In this document: piece by piece, positions 37,863 through 46,541 of the stretch
How the letters are laid out: every line of letters starts with the position of its first letter
Numbering within the stretch: the stretch's first letter is position 1
From: Patescibacteria group bacterium UBA5738
Lineage (GTDB): Bacteria > Patescibacteriota > Minisyncoccia > Minisyncoccales > UBA5738
Direction: 5' to 3'
DNA length: 59,767 nucleotides
NCBI GenBank assembly: GCA_002419295.1
Contig: DIFW01000016.1
Coordinates: forward strand, 9,043 to 68,809
The notes under the pieces: generated by a model
The model's database searches: none
Told to the model about the DNA's origin: nothing
What the model saw: only the letters and a program-made list of their open reading frames with translations
Made by a program: the position numbers and the translations under genes

Positions 37863-40800
37863 TTAAATCAACAGAACCTCTTCCACATTGTCGGCGATAA
37901 TCTTGGGTTCGCCGTCGCGCATATCCATTCTGCCGTAGACATAGACCACTTTGCTTTCAACATAAACCGAAGGATTTTTTTCCATCGCGGAGGCAAATAC
38001 CACCACTTCGATTTTGTCGGTCAGGTCCTCCAAACCCATAAACAGCATCGGTTTGCCGGTTTTGGTGACGATTTTTTTTACCGTGGAAATCATTCCTCCG
38101 ATCTTAACCAGCCGCGTGCCGGGATTTTCCTTGACACGGGTGATTTTGAGGCAATTTTTTTCCATTGACGACTTATATTCTTCCAGCGGATGAGCCGTGA
38201 CGAACAATCCCAGCAATTCTTTCTCCCACATCAATTTTTCGGATTTATTGGCTTCGCGCGCGGGCGCCAGCGAATATCCGCCGTTTTTCGCTTCCGGCAG
38301 AGCGCCAAAAAGGCCGCGCTGGCCGTTGGATTTGTTTTTTTCGTTTTCGCGCCCGATTTCCAGCAGTTTTTCAATATTGGAAAGCAAAGTGTTGCGTTCG
38401 GCCATATTGTCAAACGCGCCGGCTTTGATCAGCGCTTCGAGCGATTTGCGGTTGATGAGTTTGGGATTTATCTGTTTCATAAAATCAAACACATCGGCGA
38501 ACTTGCCGCCCGCCTTGCGTTGGGCGACAATCTCTCCCACCGTGTTTTCTCCCACATTTTTTATTGCCGCCAGACCGAAGCGGATTTTCTCGCTTTCGGG
38601 AATTACCGTGAAGCCATAATAACTTTCATTGATATCGGGGGCGAGAACTTCGATATTCATTTTTTTACATTCGCCGATCAGATAACCCACTCTTTCCACA
38701 TCGTTTTTCTCGGAAGTCATCAGCGCGGCCATAAATTCAATGGGGTAATGAGCTTTCAAATACGCGGTTTGGTAGGCGACCATCGCGTAGCAAGCCGCGT
38801 GTGATTTGTTGAACGAGTAATCCGCGCTGGGTTCAATCCATCCCCAAATTTCCTTGGCGATTTTTTTGGCAATGCCGTTTTTTTGGCACCCGTCAATGAA
38901 TTTTTGCTTTGATGCCATCATTAAATCCTTGATCTTTTTACCGATGGCTTTGCGCAAAGAATCGGCTTCGGCCATGGAAAAACCCGCCAGCTCTTGGGCG
39001 ATTTTCATCGTTTGTTCCTGATAAAGAATAATGCCATAGGTCGGACCGAGGATTGATTCCAATTTTGGGTGCAGGTAAACGGGAATTTTCATTCCGCTTT
39101 TGCTGTCGATAAAATCCGGAATGAATTGCATCGGGCCGGGGCGGTAGAGCGCGACCATGGCAATAATATCTTCAAATTGAGTGGGTTTTAATTGTTTCAA
39201 ATATCTTTGCATTCCGCTTGATTCCAGCTGAAAGACGCCCACCGTGTCGCCGCGCGCCATAAGTTCGTAGGTTTGGCGATCATCAATGGGCAAATCTTTC
39301 AAACTAAGGCTGGTGCCGCGGATCAGATAGATGCGCGAGAGGGTATCTTCAATAATGGTAAGATTTTTCAGCCCCAAAAAATCCATTTTTAAAAGCCCCA
39401 TGTCTTCAATCGCATGCAGTTCATATTGCGACACCAGCCCGTTATCATCGGCAGTGGGATGCTGGACCGGCACAATTTCATCCAACGGAATCGGGGAAAT
39501 CACCACGCCGCAAGCGTGAGTGGAAGCGTGGCGGGCGCACCCTTCCAATTTTTTGGCGAATCCCATCAGCGCGCCCGCTTTTTCATCGTTTTCAACCAGT
39601 GATTTCAGATCGTCGGCTTTTACCAAGGCTTCTTTTAAATCCATGCCGAAAGGAATCATTTTTGCCAATTTGTCGCAATAGCTGTACGGATACTGCAAAA
39701 CCCGTCCGACATCGCGTACTACGGCCCGCGCCGCCATCGTTCCAAAAGTGATAATTTGCGCGACATGATCATGTCCGTATTTTTGGCTCACATATTCAAT
39801 CACTTCCGGCCGTCTTCGATCGGCGAAATCCATGTCAATATCGGGCAATGACACCGCCGACCGCCCGGGATTTAAGAATCTTTCAAAAAGCAATCCATAT
39901 TTAAGCGGATCGATATCGGTGATGTTCAGCAGGTAGGACACCAATGATCCGGCGGCGGAGCCGCGACCCGGACCGACCACGATGCGATTTTTTTTGGCCC
40001 AGTTCACAAAGTCTTGCACGATCAAAAAATATTCGATAAATCCCAACTCTTTGATGGTTTTGAATTCATATTCAAAACGCGCCGATACTTCCGGCAACGG
40101 ATTTTCGCCAAAGCGGTCTTTTATTCCGGCAAGACACAGGCCGCGCAAGTATTCTTCGTTGGTGGCGCCCGGCGGCGCCGCGAAAGTCGGCAGTTTGGTT
40201 TTTTTCAATTCAAATTCAAATTGGCACATATCGGCGATTTTTTGCGTGTTTTCAATCGCCGCCGGAAAATCCGCGAAATCCTTGATCATCCGTTCGGGGC
40301 TTCTCATGGAAAAATCCTCGCCTTTCATCGTGAGCCGTTCGGGATTGTTGATGTCGGCGCCGGTGTTGATGAGCATCAAAATGTCTTGCGCTTCGGCGTC
40401 GTCGGCATCCAAATAATGAATATCGTTGGTTGCCACCAGTCCCAATCCTGTTTTTTTTGCCAGCTCAATTGAGCCGATATTGGCCGGTTCTTGATCGGGC
40501 AGGTTGGGGTGATGCTGGATTTCCAGAAAAAAGTTTTCTTTGCCGAAGATTTCCGCGTAGCGCCGCGCCGCCGTTTCCGCTTCGTCAAATTTTTTATTAA
40601 TTATCAAGCGCGGAATTTTGCCTTGTATGCAGGCGGTCATCGCGATCAGGCCTTCCGAATGCAAAGCCAGCAATTCTTCGTCGACGCGCGGCTTGTAATA
40701 AAATCCCTCTAAGTGCGCCTTGGTAACCAATTTAACCAGATTGCGATAGCCGGCTTCGTTTTTAACCAACAAAACCAGATGATGCCGCGCGTCGTCAATT

Positions 40801-41039
40801 TGCGGCCGCCGCGAAAAACGGCTTTCCAGCGCCACATAAACTTCGCAACCGATGATCGGCTTGATGCCGCGCGCTTTGGCCTTTTTATAAAATTCCACGG
40901 CGCCGTACATATTGCCGTGGTCGGTGATGGCGCAGGCGTTCATACCCAATGCCTTCACTTTATCCAAAAGCGGATCGATTTGCGCCAATCCGTCCAGCAA
41001 ACTGTAATGGGTGTGGGTGTGCAGATGAACAAAATTCAT
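37863..41039 (-). CDS. dnaE: DNA polymerase III alpha subunit
   Basis: The PHP domain reads FVHLHTHTHYSLLDG. The polymerase core is PGRGSAAGSLVSYLL.ITDIDP and DIDMDF, and a C-terminal OB fold is present. Confidence 0.97.
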   Translation of the reverse strand: MNFVHLHTHTHYSLLDGLAQIDPLLDKVKALGMNACAITDHGNMYGAVEFYKKAKARGIKPIIGCEVYVALESRFSRRPQIDDARHHLVLLVKNEAGYRNLVKLVTKAHLEGFYYKPRVDEELLALHSEGLIAMTACIQGKIPRLIINKKFDEAETAARRYAEIFGKENFFLEIQHHPNLPDQEPANIGSIELAKKTGLGLVATNDIHYLDADDAEAQDILMLINTGADINNPERLTMKGEDFSMRSPERMIKDFADFPAAIENTQKIADMCQFEFELKKTKLPTFAAPPGATNEEYLRGLCLAGIKDRFGENPLPEVSARFEYEFKTIKELGFIEYFLIVQDFVNWAKKNRIVVGPGRGSAAGSLVSYLLNITDIDPLKYGLLFERFLNPGRSAVSLPDIDMDFADRRRPEVIEYVSQKYGHDHVAQIITFGTMAARAVVRDVGRVLQYPYSYCDKLAKMIPFGMDLKEALVKADDLKSLVENDEKAGALMGFAKKLEGCARHASTHACGVVISPIPLDEIVPVQHPTADDNGLVSQYELHAIEDMGLLKMDFLGLKNLTIIEDTLSRIYLIRGTSLSLKDLPIDDRQTYELMARGDTVGVFQLESSGMQRYLKQLKPTQFEDIIAMVALYRPGPMQFIPDFIDSKSGMKIPVYLHPKLESILGPTYGIILYQEQTMKIAQELAGFSMAEADSLRKAIGKKIKDLMMASKQKFIDGCQKNGIAKKIAKEIWGWIEPSADYSFNKSHAACYAMVAYQTAYLKAHYPIEFMAALMTSEKNDVERVGYLIGECKKMNIEVLAPDINESYYGFTVIPESEKIRFGLAAIKNVGENTVGEIVAQRKAGGKFADVFDFMKQINPKLINRKSLEALIKAGAFDNMAERNTLLSNIEKLLEIGRENEKNKSNGQRGLFGALPEAKNGGYSLAPAREANKSEKLMWEKELLGLFVTAHPLEEYKSSMEKNCLKITRVKENPGTRLVKIGGMISTVKKIVTKTGKPMLFMGLEDLTDKIEVVVFASAMEKNPSVYVESKVVYVYGRMDMRDGEPKIIADNVEEVLLI

Positions 41040-41043
41040 AAAT

Positions 41044-41739
41044 TCATTGGATAATTTTTTCTTGGGGAATGCCGGAAAAATCCGCGAGTCCCTTATTGTA
41101 GATGGAATCTTTCAGAGAGAGCGTTTCTTCAACGCGCAAATTGATTGCCGCCAGCCTTTGCCGCACCAGCGCGTTTTCCAAATTGACGCTTCCCGTCGCG
41201 ATGGCGCCGCTTAGGTCCAAAAATCCGTTGATTTGCGCGTTTTTGAAAAGAATGTCGCCCTTCACTTTTAAATCTCCCTGGCAGTAATTCTGGACTTCAA
41301 TGGCGCGAAAATCAACATTGCCCAGCACGACGGCTTTGGTGAGGCTCACAAATCCGTTAACTCTCATTTTTGCGAACAAGATCGAGCCGGTGATATTGAT
41401 TCCGGCCATATTAACCGTTTGCCCCACCCACGCGTTTTCCAAAATTAAATTGCCGATGAGTTTTCCCCGGTTGAAATAAAAAGATCCGTCCACCGCCGCG
41501 CCGCCGAGATTGATGTTGCCGTTAACCGTGCTGTCGGCGAAAAAGACATTGCCGATTACCAGCGCGTTTTCCAAAGTGATGCCGTAATCCAGCGTTTTTT
41601 CCATCAATGAAAACGATTTTAAAGTTTTTCCGGCAAAATTCGCCGGGCGGCGATCAAGCATCGCTTGTTCGATTTCGGCGTCAATATCTTTTTTGCTCAA
41701 AATGAGCACCGGTTTTCCGGCAATGACGAATTCTTCCAT
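41044..41739 (-). CDS. Hypothetical beta-helical repeat protein (bactofilin/pentapeptide-like periodicity)
   Basis: This 231-aa protein has about 18-20-aa repeats with the N(A/G)x(V/I)xGx(V/I) pattern. It ends 4 nt before the dnaE start. The ATG at 41737-39 was chosen. Confidence 0.55.
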   Translation of the reverse strand: MEEFVIAGKPVLILSKKDIDAEIEQAMLDRRPANFAGKTLKSFSLMEKTLDYGITLENALVIGNVFFADSTVNGNINLGGAAVDGSFYFNRGKLIGNLILENAWVGQTVNMAGINITGSILFAKMRVNGFVSLTKAVVLGNVDFRAIEVQNYCQGDLKVKGDILFKNAQINGFLDLSGAIATGSVNLENALVRQRLAAINLRVEETLSLKDSIYNKGLADFSGIPQEKIIQ

Positions 41740-41794
41740 TGATTTTGATTTCAAAAATTCAACGATTGGACTACAATCATAGTATAATTCAAAT

Positions 41795-42484
41795 TTGCTG
41801 AAATTGAAACATTCTCGCAATCAAAAGCAAGTAATTGATTTGGCCCGCGAAAAAAATTATTTTCGCGCGGGATTTGCTGTTGCCATTGGCGTTGACGAAG
41901 CCGGGCGCGGACCGCTGGCCGGACCGGTGGTTGCCGCCGCGGCGGCGATCGTTCCGCCCTTTTCCGCCCGCGATTTCGCCGGTTTGATCGGCGCTGTGCG
42001 CGATTCAAAGAAAATGTCAGCCGCGGCGCGCGAAGCCGCGTATGAAAAAATCGCCAATCATCCGAAAATCATTTGCGCCGCCGCGGCCGTGGGGCATAAA
42101 TCAATTGACAGAATCAACATTTTGCAAGCGTCAAAATTGGCGATGAAAAGAGCGGTTGAAAAAACGATAAAAATGATGGGGTGGCGGATTGCGGACAATA
42201 AAATCATTTGCTTGATCGACGGCAATTTTTTAATAAAGATTTTGCAACCGCAAGAATCGGTGATTGCCGGCGACGATAAAGTGTTTTCCATCGCCGCGGC
42301 CAGTATCGTTGCCAAAGTCCGCCGCGACCGCCTGATGGCGCGAATGGACAAAATTTATCCCGAATACGGTTTCGCGCGGCACAAGGGTTATGGCACCAAA
42401 CAGCATTTGGCGGCGATTAAAAAACACGGCCCTTGCCCGATCCATCGCCGCAGTTTTTCTCCGATTGCCGCAGTAGTTGCGTGA
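41795..42484 (+). CDS. rnhB: Ribonuclease HII
   Basis: GVDEAGRGPLAGPVVAAA, DSKK(M)S and the HxxHRRSF-like C-terminus (CPIHRRSF) are present. The start codon is uncertain. Confidence 0.9.
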   Translation: MLKLKHSRNQKQVIDLAREKNYFRAGFAVAIGVDEAGRGPLAGPVVAAAAAIVPPFSARDFAGLIGAVRDSKKMSAAAREAAYEKIANHPKIICAAAAVGHKSIDRINILQASKLAMKRAVEKTIKMMGWRIADNKIICLIDGNFLIKILQPQESVIAGDDKVFSIAAASIVAKVRRDRLMARMDKIYPEYGFARHKGYGTKQHLAAIKKHGPCPIHRRSFSPIAAVVA

Positions 42485-42529
42485 AATTAAAATAATGGGT
42501 TATAATAAAGGTAGCAATAAAATAAAAAA

Positions 42530-43072
42530 ATGAGTCCAAAAAAAAGCAAAAAATTTGACAAACGCGCCGCAGTTGAATTTTTCGTGAATTTTTGCGTGAT
42601 ATTCTCGCTGATCTTGATTGTCGGCCTGATGGCGGTAAGCGATAGCTTCGGCGGGTCTTCCGGAGGAATGGCATCGTTGTCGCGTCCCTTGGTTTCCAAC
42701 TCCAAATGTTCTTGTCCGGCACCGGTTGATTGCGGGCTTGCTCCAATCGCGCCGGCGGTACTCTTTCCGGCCTCGGCGGACCAGCCGCTTGAAGCGGCGT
42801 TGGAAATTTTTGTCGACGAGGGTGGTTTCTCTTCCCGCGAGTTAAATTTATCACTTTCAAGTTCGCGGACTTTGCGTATCTCTAACAAAGGGGTAAGGAA
42901 TCATTCGCTGGTGATTGACACGCTTAATTTAAATTCCGGCGTTATTGTTCCCGGCCAATCGGTGACCGTGATTTTGGAAAATTCCGGAGATCAAGCGCGC
43001 GAACTCTCGTTTTATTCCGATTTGCCCGGCGATGATGGCGACAATTTTAGCGGCGTGATTGTCCTTGAATAA
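42530..43072 (+). CDS. Hypothetical membrane-anchored protein (cupredoxin-like beta-sandwich possible)
   Basis: This 180-aa ORF has an N-terminal TM segment. The C-terminus LRISNKGVRNHSLVID...PGQSVTVILE resembles EfeO/cupredoxin-like domains, but I see no clear metal ligands. Confidence 0.5.
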   Translation: MSPKKSKKFDKRAAVEFFVNFCVIFSLILIVGLMAVSDSFGGSSGGMASLSRPLVSNSKCSCPAPVDCGLAPIAPAVLFPASADQPLEAALEIFVDEGGFSSRELNLSLSSSRTLRISNKGVRNHSLVIDTLNLNSGVIVPGQSVTVILENSGDQARELSFYSDLPGDDGDNFSGVIVLE

Positions 43073-43198
43073 ATGCGGGGGCGGCTTGATTTTTATCCCG
43101 ATTAGTGTTAGAGTCGCAATGTAATTTGAAACTGTGGGCATGTTCGGCGATTTTTGAAATTCAATCGTTAATCTCCGATTCATCGTTCATCAATTATT

Positions 43199-43456
43199 AT
43201 GGGTGGCGTACCAAAAAAAAGACACACAAGCGGAAGCCGGAACCAGCGCCGGATGCATTTGTTTTTGAAGAATCCTTCTTTTTCAAAATGTGAAAAATGC
43301 GGCAAACAGATTAAATCGCACCATGCTTGTCCGTTTTGCGGTTTCTATCGCGGTAAGGAAGCGGTTGATGTTTTTGCGCGGCTTGATCGAAAACAGCGGC
43401 GCGACAAGGAAGCCGAAATCGCCGCGGCGCAGGCGAAAAAAGAAAGCAAAAATTGA
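43199..43456 (+). CDS. rpmF: 50S ribosomal protein L32
   Basis: MGGVPKKRHTSGSRNQRR and the zinc ribbon CEKCGK...CPFCG are present. Confidence 0.9.
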   Translation: MGGVPKKRHTSGSRNQRRMHLFLKNPSFSKCEKCGKQIKSHHACPFCGFYRGKEAVDVFARLDRKQRRDKEAEIAAAQAKKESKN

Positions 43457-43525
43457 TTTTGTTTTTTCACAATTTTTTGTTATTTAATTCGGCGGCTTTG
43501 CCGCGGGGTAGTTTATTTTTCAAGT

Positions 43526-43978
43526 ATGGCCTCAAGGCATCTCACGCGATCAATCGTAATGCAATCCCTTTTTGAATGGGATTTTTATGGTAAGAAAGGC
43601 GATTTGTCCGAAATTTTACAAAGGAATTTGGACGAGTTCGGCCCCGGATTGGAGGAAACCGGGTTTGCGCAGGATTTATCGTCGGGAGTGGTCGAGAAAA
43701 TGGCAACTATCGACGGTATCATCGAAAAAGCCGCGCCGCAATGGCCGATTGAACAGATCAGCGTGATTGATCGCAATATCTTGCGGCTCGGTCTTTTTGA
43801 GTTGCTTTATGAAGATAAAAAGGCGGTGCCGCCCAAAGTGGCGATCAATGAGGCGATTGAATTGGCTAAAAATTTTGGCGGCGAGAGTTCGGGAAAATTC
43901 GTCAACGGCGTCTTGGGGACGGTCTATAAACAAATGCTGGAACAAAATCCCGAACTTGCCGCGAATAATAACAAATGA
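43526..43978 (+). CDS. nusB: Transcription antitermination factor NusB
   Basis: [29 protein letters not shown] and [12 protein letters not shown] are present. Confidence 0.9.
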   Translation: MASRHLTRSIVMQSLFEWDFYGKKGDLSEILQRNLDEFGPGLEETGFAQDLSSGVVEKMATIDGIIEKAAPQWPIEQISVIDRNILRLGLFELLYEDKKAVPPKVAINEAIELAKNFGGESSGKFVNGVLGTVYKQMLEQNPELAANNNK

Positions 43979-43999
43979 TTATTTTAAATTTCAAATTAT

Positions 44000-44047
44000 A
44001 AGCACTAAATTCCAAATAAATCCAATATGATTTAGGATTTAGTGCTT
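44000..44047. repeat. AT-rich hairpin between nusB and rnc
   Basis: aagcactaaat (44000-10) pairs with atttagtgctt (44037-47), with additional taaatc/gattta pairing. Confidence 0.6.
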
Positions 44048-44064
44048 GCAATTTGCCAGATACA

Positions 44065-44757
44065 ATGAAAGATTTTGCCAAATTGGAGGAGAAGCTGGGC
44101 GTGGTTTTTAAAAACAAAAATTTGCTCACGCAAGCGTTTATCCATCGTTCCTATTTAAACGAAAATCCGCAAATTTCTTTGGGCAACAATGAACGGTTGG
44201 AATTTTTGGGCGACGCGGTGCTGGAATTGGCGGTGACCGAGTATCTTTATGAAAAATATCCCGAGAAATCCGAAGGCGAACTCACCAGTTGGCGCGCGGC
44301 GCTGGTGAACACCAAAATGATTTCCGCGGCGGCGGCAAAACTGGGGTTTGGCGATTTCTTACTGCTTTCGCGGGGAGAGGCCAAAGAGGACGGTAAGTCG
44401 CGGCAGTATATTTTGGCCAACACTTTCGAAGCGTTTATCGGCAGTTTGTATCTGGATCGCGGCTATGATCCGTGCCGAAATTTCATCAAAAACAATCTTT
44501 TGGGCGAGCTTGGCGAAATTATCGCCAAAAAACTCTATAAAGACGCCAAGTCCCGTTTTCAGGAAGTGGCGCAGGAAATTGTGAAAATTACGCCGGTCTA
44601 TAAAGTTTTGGAAGAGCGCGGTCCGGACCATGCCAAGTATTTTACCGTGGGAGTTTATTTGGCCAGCGACCTTGTCGCCAAAGGCGGCGGTTATTCCAAG
44701 CAGGAAGCCGAAGAAGCGACCGCCAAAGCCGCGCTGGAAGCCAAAGGCTGGCAATGA
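44065..44757 (+). CDS. rnc: Ribonuclease III
   Basis: The signature NERLEFLGDAVL and a C-terminal dsRBD (F.V.V......G.G.SKQEAEE.AA) are present. Confidence 0.93.
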   Translation: MKDFAKLEEKLGVVFKNKNLLTQAFIHRSYLNENPQISLGNNERLEFLGDAVLELAVTEYLYEKYPEKSEGELTSWRAALVNTKMISAAAAKLGFGDFLLLSRGEAKEDGKSRQYILANTFEAFIGSLYLDRGYDPCRNFIKNNLLGELGEIIAKKLYKDAKSRFQEVAQEIVKITPVYKVLEERGPDHAKYFTVGVYLASDLVAKGGGYSKQEAEEATAKAALEAKGWQ

Positions 44758-44866
44758 AGCATAAGCTAAATCCCGTCTTTTGCGCGCGGTTATTCGGCTA
44801 CCGGTTGCAAAAACTGAAAAAGTATGTATAATGAGAGCGTTGTAATTAAAGATAAAATATCACATT

Positions 44867-45190
44867 ATGTTAACTATAAGATTGCATCGGATCGGCAAGA
44901 GAAATCAACCGTCGTTTCGGATTGTCGTGGCCGACAAACGCTTTTCGGCGGCCGCGGGAAAGTTTCGCGAGGAAGTCGGTTTTGTAAACCGGGTCGGCAA
45001 GGAAATAAAGATTGACAAAGAAAAGATCGTTTATTGGATGCAAAAAGGCGCCCAGCCATCGCCCGCGGTGAAAAATATTTTGATTGACCAAAAAATTGTG
45101 GAAGGCAAAAAGACCGCCCTGCATTGCCAGCCCAAGAAAAAAGAGGGAGCCGATGCTCCCAAAACCGAAGCCGCGCCGGCTCAAGCATAG
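44867..45190 (+). CDS. rpsP: 30S ribosomal protein S16
   Basis: The N-terminus reads MLTIRLHRIGKRNQPSFRIVVADKR. Confidence 0.95.
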   Translation: MLTIRLHRIGKRNQPSFRIVVADKRFSAAAGKFREEVGFVNRVGKEIKIDKEKIVYWMQKGAQPSPAVKNILIDQKIVEGKKTALHCQPKKKEGADAPKTEAAPAQA

Positions 45191-45284
45191 TTTGTGGTTT
45201 GACAATGATTTTTGATTTGGAATATAATGAAAGCGTGGGCGTTGATTATGATGCCTGAAAGGTCGAAAAAAAAGTTTTGTTTGA

Positions 45285-45623
45285 ATGAATGATACGATAT
45301 CTATGGAAAATAAAAACGATCAGGAATTTCTTGAGTTTTTGATTAAATCGTTGGTGGACCATCCCGGAGATGTTAAAGTCAATCGCACGGTTGACGAGAT
45401 GGGTGTTTTGCTTTCGTTGAAGGTGAACGCCGAAGATATGGGCCAAATTATCGGCCGTAGCGGTAGTACCGCGCGGGCAATCCGCAATTTGGTGCGCATT
45501 ATCGGCCTCAAGAACCACGCCCGGGTAAATCTCAAGATTGAGGAGCCCGAAGGCGGCCGCCGCGCACCGCGCACCGAGGAAAAACCGGTTCGCGATGACG
45601 ATGTCGACGATTTGAAATTCTAA
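45285..45623 (+). CDS. khpA: KH-domain RNA-binding protein (KhpA/YlqC-like)
   Basis: The KH GxxG motif is MGQIIGRSGSTARAIRNLV. The gene occupies the conserved position between rpsP and trmD. Confidence 0.8.
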   Translation: MNDTISMENKNDQEFLEFLIKSLVDHPGDVKVNRTVDEMGVLLSLKVNAEDMGQIIGRSGSTARAIRNLVRIIGLKNHARVNLKIEEPEGGRRAPRTEEKPVRDDDVDDLKF

Positions 45624-45645
45624 TTTGTCTCCAAAAAAAGAAAAA

Positions 45646-45671
45646 CCCCGCGTTCGTCGGGGCTTTTCTTT
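45646..45671 (+). terminator. Terminator/attenuator-like hairpin between khpA and trmD
   Basis: CCCCG-cgttcgt-CGGGG is followed by CTTTTCTTT. Confidence 0.45.
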
Positions 45672-45678
45672 CATTTCC

Positions 45679-46386
45679 ATGATTTTATTTGATTTTATCA
45701 CCATTTTTCCGGAAATTGTCGCGCCCTATTTTGAAGAATCGCTGTTCAAAAAGGCGCGAGAAAAGAAGTTGATAAAAATCCGGATTTATAATTTACGCGA
45801 TTTCGCGCAAGATAAACATCGCACCGTCGACGATAAGCCGTTTGGCGGCGGTTTTGGCATGGTGATGAAAGTTGATGTTTGGCGCAAGGCAGTCGCCAAG
45901 GCGGTGAAGTTAAAAATTGCCGGTAAAAAATTAAAACCGCAAAACAAAGATACGGCAATTATTATGCTCACGCCCCGCGGGAAACAATTCAATCAGAAAA
46001 TGGCGCGAAATTTGGCGAAAATGAAGCAGATCGTTTTTGTCTGCGGGCGTTATGAAGGCGTGGACGAACGGGTGGCGCAAAATATCGCCACACACCAGAT
46101 TTCAGTTGGAGATTATGATTTGATGGGCGGGGAATTGCCGGCGATGGCGATTGCCGAAGCGGTGAGCCGCTTGATTCCGGGTGTGATCGGCAAGCCGGAA
46201 TTTTTGGCGGCACGACACGGCAAGGATGGTTTCTTTGAATCCGCGCAATATACCCGGCCCGAAATTTATTCGCCCGCCAAGGGAATCAATTGGAAAACTC
46301 CCAAAGAATTGCTTTCCGGCGATCCCAAAAAAATCAACGCTTGGCGCCAAAAACATGGCAAAACCATTGGCGCGGCGCGGCAATAA
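45679..46386 (+). CDS. trmD: tRNA (guanine37-N1)-methyltransferase
   Basis: FDFITIFPE, DDKPFGGGFGMVM, CGRYEGVDERV and the SVGDYDLMGGELPA knot region are present. The ATG at 45679 was chosen. Confidence 0.93.
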   Translation: MILFDFITIFPEIVAPYFEESLFKKAREKKLIKIRIYNLRDFAQDKHRTVDDKPFGGGFGMVMKVDVWRKAVAKAVKLKIAGKKLKPQNKDTAIIMLTPRGKQFNQKMARNLAKMKQIVFVCGRYEGVDERVAQNIATHQISVGDYDLMGGELPAMAIAEAVSRLIPGVIGKPEFLAARHGKDGFFESAQYTRPEIYSPAKGINWKTPKELLSGDPKKINAWRQKHGKTIGAARQ

Positions 46387-46390
46387 ATTA

Positions 46391-46479
46391 TACAAAATTA
46401 CATAAGTACAAAATTACATAAGTTTCACCTATGTATATTGTATATTAAAACAAAATTACATAGGTTTCACCTATGTATA
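46391..46479 (+). repeat. Direct repeats tacaaaattacataag (x2) and a 30-nt hairpin-containing unit acaaaattacataNgtttcacctatgtata (x2)
   Basis: Read directly from the sequence. The 30-nt units at 46408-37 and 46450-79 differ at 1 position. Each contains the hairpin ACATAGG-tttca-CCTATGT. Confidence 0.85.
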
Positions 46480-46541
46480 CTGAGAATGTTGTATAGGCCG
46501 CGGATTTTGATTTTTGGGGGCGGGTGAAGTAGAATTGAATA

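Noticed and set aside
38190-38804. Plus-strand ORFs (204 aa and others up to 41054) within the dnaE region
   Set aside because: All are antisense to DNA polymerase III alpha.
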